A stretch of 63,135 nucleotides of DNA, the filler included, from Octopus bimaculoides (Eukaryota): the NCBI RefSeq assembly GCF_001194135.2. It is 5 parts of 5 records of this genome, joined end to end, with 100 filler letters (N's around TTAATTAATTAA, not from the genome) between each part and the next. Parts side by side here need not be neighbours in the genome. Positions count along the whole stretch, not along the records: positions 58,794 to 60,920 come from NW_026418347.1; positions 61,021 to 63,135 come from NC_069006.1; 3 more parts are not named here. One strand, written 5' to 3'. Below the pieces are notes generated by a model. That model worked only from the letters and a program-made list of their open reading frames with translations. It made no database searches and was not told where the DNA came from. The position numbers and the translations under genes are program-made. Below are positions 58,794 through 63,135 of the stretch, piece by piece; within the stretch, counting starts at the first letter, position 1; every line of letters starts with the position of its first letter.

Positions 58794-60920
58794 TGCCCAT
58801 AATGTATTGCTGCACAGAGGACTTTCAGCTGTGCAGCGAAATCTAGCACTGGCCCACTATAACAGTGTAAAATCACTACTGCAGCGATCTCTCAGGAAGA
58901 TTCTGAACACTTGGTGGGAGAATCTTGCTTGTGATGTTCAGGCTGCTGCTGATGCAAATGACAGCAAGAAGNNNNNNNNNNNNNNNNNNNNNNNNNNNNN
59001 NNNNNNNNNNNNNNNNNNNNNNNNNNNNNNNNNNNNNNNNNNNNNNNNNNNNNNNNNNNNNNNNNNNNNNNNNNNNNNNNNNNNNTCTGAACTCCTGAAC
59101 CATGAGTCAGTTGTGGATGAAACAATGATTGATACTATGCCCCAAAAACCTATCATTGGCTCCTTAAATTCCATGCCCTCAATAGATGAGGTAATGACAG
59201 CAATAAGAAAATTGAATCTTGGTAGGGCACCTGGAAGGGATGGAATTTGTACTGAGGTCTTGCGATTTGGTGGTGATTACATCATACNNNNNNNNNNNNN
59301 NNNNNNNNNNNNNNNNNNNNNNNNNNNNNNNNNNNNNNNNNNNNNNNNNNNNNNNNNNNNNNNNNNNNNNNNNNNNNNNNNNNNNNNNNNNNNNNNNNNN
59401 NNNNNNNNNNNNNNNNNNNNNNNNNNNNNNNNNNNNNNNNNNNNGGGTAACTACAGAGGTATTGCTCTACTATCAGCTGCTGGCAAGGTTCTGGTGAATA
59501 TTCTTCTTACCTGGCTGAATGGATGTCTCATAAATGATGTCCTATCTGAATCTCAATGTGGCTTNNNNNNNNNNATGATGTCCTATCTGAATCTCAATGT
59601 GGCTTCCAATCTGGTAGAGGGACATATGATTTTCACAGCAAGCCAAATGCAAGAGAAGTGCTATGAGCAGAATATGGATCTTGTCCAGGTATTCATNNNN
59701 NNNNNNNNNNNNNNNNNNNNNNNNNNNNNNACTGTGAATAGGGCCTTGCTATGGAAAATACTTAGCAAACTTGGATGTCCAGATCACTTTGTCTCCATGA
59801 TTAAATCATTTCATGATGGGATGGAGGCTTGGGTCAACGTTGGTAGTGGCATGGCAGGACCCATTCCTGTAGAGAATGGTGTTAAGCAGGGTGACATCCT
59901 TGCCCCAACTCTCTTTTCTTTGTACTTTGCTGCNNNNNNNNNNNNNNNNNNNNNNNNNNNNNNCTCTCTGGGAATACATGTCAGGTATCGATCTTCTGGC
60001 TGCCTCTTTAATCTGTACTGATTTGCTGCCAATTCAAAAGTTTTCCAGTCTCTTGTTCGTGACCTCCTTTACGCAGATGACAGTGACTTAGTCGCTCATA
60101 CAGTGGATGACATACAAATACTCATGAATTGCATTTATGCTTCTTGCAAGGCATTTGGACTTAGCATTAGCNNNNNNNNNNCAAGACTGTTGTAATGTTC
60201 CAACCTGCACCAGGAAATCCATATGTGGAACTAGCTATCTTTGTTGAAAGAACAATACTGAAAGTGGTAGACAAATTTGTCTACCTGGGCAGCACACTCC
60301 CTAGATGATGAAATATTTTTCAGGCTGCAGAGAGCAACTGGTACCTTCCGGTCTCTTCAGTCTCATTTCTGACACCATCACAAGGCAAAAAAAATTGCCA
60401 GGTACCATGCATGTGTACTAGCATTGCTCCTTTACTCCATGTGAGACATGGACCCTTTACAAATGTCATGTAAAGGCCCTTGAATGCTTTCATCAGAGAT
60501 GTCTGAGACATATTCTGAATGTTGGCTCCAGACACACAGGTCCCGAGGAAAGCTGATATCTTGAGGCGATGGTGCACAAGCACCGGTTATGTTGGACTGG
60601 ACACCTTATTNNNNNNNNNNAAGCACCGGTTATGTTGGACTGGACACCTTATTAGAATGAAGGATAGCAGAATCCCTTAACAGATGCTATATGGGGAACT
60701 TGTTAGTGGAAAGAGACCCTGGCAGAAANNNNNNNNNNNNNNNNNNNNNNNNNNNNNNNNNNNNNNNNNNNNNNNNNNNNNNNNNNNNNNNNNNNNNNNN
60801 NNNNNNNNNNNNNNNGCCTGTCATTGCCACAGATGGAGGAAGCAGGTTAAGGAGGGGGTTGACACTTTTGAGAGAGCACGTATCCTGCATGAAGAACTTA
60901 AGCGAGCTGCACAAAAGCGC
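58794..60920 (+). mobile_element. RTE/BovB-like LINE, decayed, many internal N-gaps
   Basis: GRAPGRDGI..GNYRGIALLSAAGKVL..SESQCG..TVNRALLWKILSKLGCP..GVKQGDILAPTLFSLYF..DLLYADD..LRRWCTSTGY..QMLYGEL. Confidence 0.92.
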
Positions 60921-61020
60921 NNNNNNNNNNNNNNNNNNNNNNNNNNNNNNNNNNNNNNNNNNNNTTAATTAATTAANNNNNNNNNNNNNNNNNNNNNNNN
61001 NNNNNNNNNNNNNNNNNNNN
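60921..61020. other. Assembly linker N44-TTAATTAATTAA-N44
   Basis: As at 17246. Confidence 0.95.
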
Positions 61021-61694
61021 AAGAGGCAATCATTCTCATGAAGCTCTACAGGACATTCCATTCCAGTTTCCTTTCACAACTTGTCTATGTCAAATTATCA
61101 TCATCATCATCATGATCATCATCATCTACACATTAATATGTACGTGTGTGTTTGTGTGTGTGCATTTTATATATCTCTGTGTATATACATACTAGACACA
61201 CACACACAAACATACACACACATACATATATGCACTCATACATACACACACACATACATACATACGCACACATATATGCACATACATACACATACGTACA
61301 CACACGTACATTTTGTTACCGGTTCTCAGCAGAAACATGTCTGGGCTGTTGGTAGTTTGAGGGGCTGTTAAATTATTACCTCCCTTGGAAACACTTAAGG
61401 GTTGTTGACAGCATGGGCATCCAACTGCAGAAAACTTTACCTCCAGCTTATTATGTAAGCATGCAAAAGTAGATGTTACAACAATGATGGCAACGATGAT
61501 GATGATGATGTGTGTGTGTGTTCATGGGTGCATGAGTGTGTTTCTGTTTTTTTTTCCTTTTTCTTTTCCATATCACGTACAGATTGTATCACCATCAAAC
61601 AGATAGCATTGCTTGTTTGCAATTGTCCAAGAAAATCTGTCCAGATTAGAGGAAAATATTATCTTACTTAGAAATGTGGCTGTGGATAAGTGCA

Positions 61695-61860
61695 GGCATT
61701 GCTGTGTGGTAGAAAGCTTGCTTCCCAATCACATAGTTCAGGGTTCAGTCCCACTCTGTGACACATTGGGCAAATGTCTTCAACTATTGCCCTGGTCCAA
61801 CCAAAGCCTTGTGAATGTATTTGGTAGGTAGAAACTAAAAGAAAGCCTGTCATACATATA
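61695..61860 (+). mobile_element. SINE family B 5' half
   Basis: GCTGTGTGGTAGAAAGCTTGCTTCCC..GGGTTCAGTCCCACT..TTGGGCAAATGTCTTC..GAAACTAAAAGAAAGCC. Confidence 0.8.
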
Positions 61861-61917
61861 TATCAAAATTGCTGACGTGGCCGTTGACAGTACCGCTTGA
61901 TTGGCACTCATGCCAGT

Positions 61918-62170
61918 GGAACGTTAAAAGCACATCCGAGCGTGATCGTTGCTAGGGCCACGGATTGGCTCCTGTGCCGTCGACATGTGAAAAGCACCAT
62001 TCGAGCATGATCGTTGCCAGCGTCGCCTTACCGGCACATGTGCCGGTGGCATGTGGAAAACAACATTTGAATGTGGTCGTTGCCAGTGCCGCCGGACTGG
62101 CTCCAGTGCAGGTAGCACATAAAAAATACCTTTTGAGCGTGGTTGTTGCCAGAACCACCTGACTGGCCCT
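61918..62170 (+). repeat. Tandem array of four ~65-bp GC-rich units
   Basis: Unit approx. GGCACGTAAAAAGCACCATTCGAGCGTGRTCGTTGCCAG..ACTGGC; related to 30704-30760. Confidence 0.8.
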
Positions 62171-62304
62171 CTTACAATCTTCATGAGTCTAACAACATTA
62201 CCACTTGGCCACGTGTCTCCATGTGGGATGTGGTGGAACATACACAAACATGAACACATGCACACACGCACGCACACACACGCACACACACACACACACC
62301 CACT

Positions 62305-62440
62305 CACCCACAGAGTCTCTGCTTATCAAATCCACGACTATAGAAGGAGACACTTGCCCAAGGTGCCACACAGTGGGACTGAACCTGAAATTGTGTTGTT
62401 GCAAAACGGGCTCCTTAACCACACGACCATGCCAGCACAA
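62305..62440 (-). mobile_element. SINE family B 5' half
   Basis: GACACTTGCCCAAGGTGCCACACAGTGGGACTGAACC..CTTAACCACACGACC. Confidence 0.75.
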
Positions 62441-62459
62441 ACATTTTCTTAACTGTAAA

Positions 62460-63000
62460 GATACACATAGACATATGCACATTCACATTCACACACGTAT
62501 ACACATTCACACACACACACTCACATGTGTACACATTCACGCACATATACTTTCACACACACATAGGCATACACACATACTCATTCACACACAAATACAT
62601 ATTCACACACACACACACACACACACACTTTAACATGCATACACATTCACACACATACACATTCACGCAATCACACACATACACATTCACACACTCACTT
62701 ATTCACACACGCACACACACATTCACATGCATACACATTCACACTCACACATTCACACACAGACATACACACACATACACATTCACGCAATCACACGCAT
62801 GCACATTCACACACGTACACATTGACACAATCACATCCATACACATTCACACACTCACATATTCACGCACACACACTTTCACACAATCGCAGTCATACAC
62901 ATTCACACACACACACACATAGACGCACACACACACATAGACACACACACACACACATAGACGCACACACACCTTAGACATTCACACACACACACACACA
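62460..63000. repeat. Complex CA-rich satellite with higher-order unit
   Basis: Recurrent CACATTCACAC and CATACACATTCACGCAATCACAC blocks. Confidence 0.85.
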
Positions 63001-63135
63001 GAAATATCACCATGCTTCTACACATCACTCTAACAAACATTGGTTTGTTTTCTTTTCTTTTAAAGTTGAATATTTCTTGTTTAAAATTAACCATTTTCCA
63101 CGTTGTACATCTCCTGCATGAACAAATCAGATCTT

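Noticed and set aside
61918-62170. CRISPR-like array
   Set aside because: Eukaryotic context, no unique spacers and no cas genes

Overview
Eukaryotic, AT-rich, microsatellite-dense genomic DNA with many N-gaps. The repeat families and microsatellite spectrum look like an octopus/coleoid cephalopod assembly (inference, not a database match). No host protein-coding gene could be identified confidently; nearly all long ORFs in the track are microsatellite or N-run artefacts. Recognisable coding sequence is all decayed transposon: four RTE-clade LINE segments plus one small fragment, two R4/Dong-type REL-endonuclease LINE 3' ends, a Penelope-like fragment, a Gypsy integrase fragment, three mariner remnants, a ~1.5 kb Tc1-like element with DD37E spacing, and a ~2 kb IS630/Tc1-like element. 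Dozens of tRNA-derived SINE and LINE-tail copies are also present. The most unusual signals are: (i) five Penelope-type minimal hammerhead-ribozyme motifs, including two facing each other in a 298-bp foldback and one at the 3' end of a tRNA-headed element; (ii) a diverged, palindrome-containing array whose copies stay in one reading frame, downstream of a TATA/Inr-like promoter at 3.7-4.6 kb; (iii) a Helentron/DINE-like element enclosing a Gypsy fragment between 39-bp direct repeats; (iv) a sharp CpG-depletion switch at the ~30.7 kb scaffold join, suggesting a methylated gene body to the right. Four 100-bp N44-TTAATTAATTAA-N44 spacers are assembly linkers.
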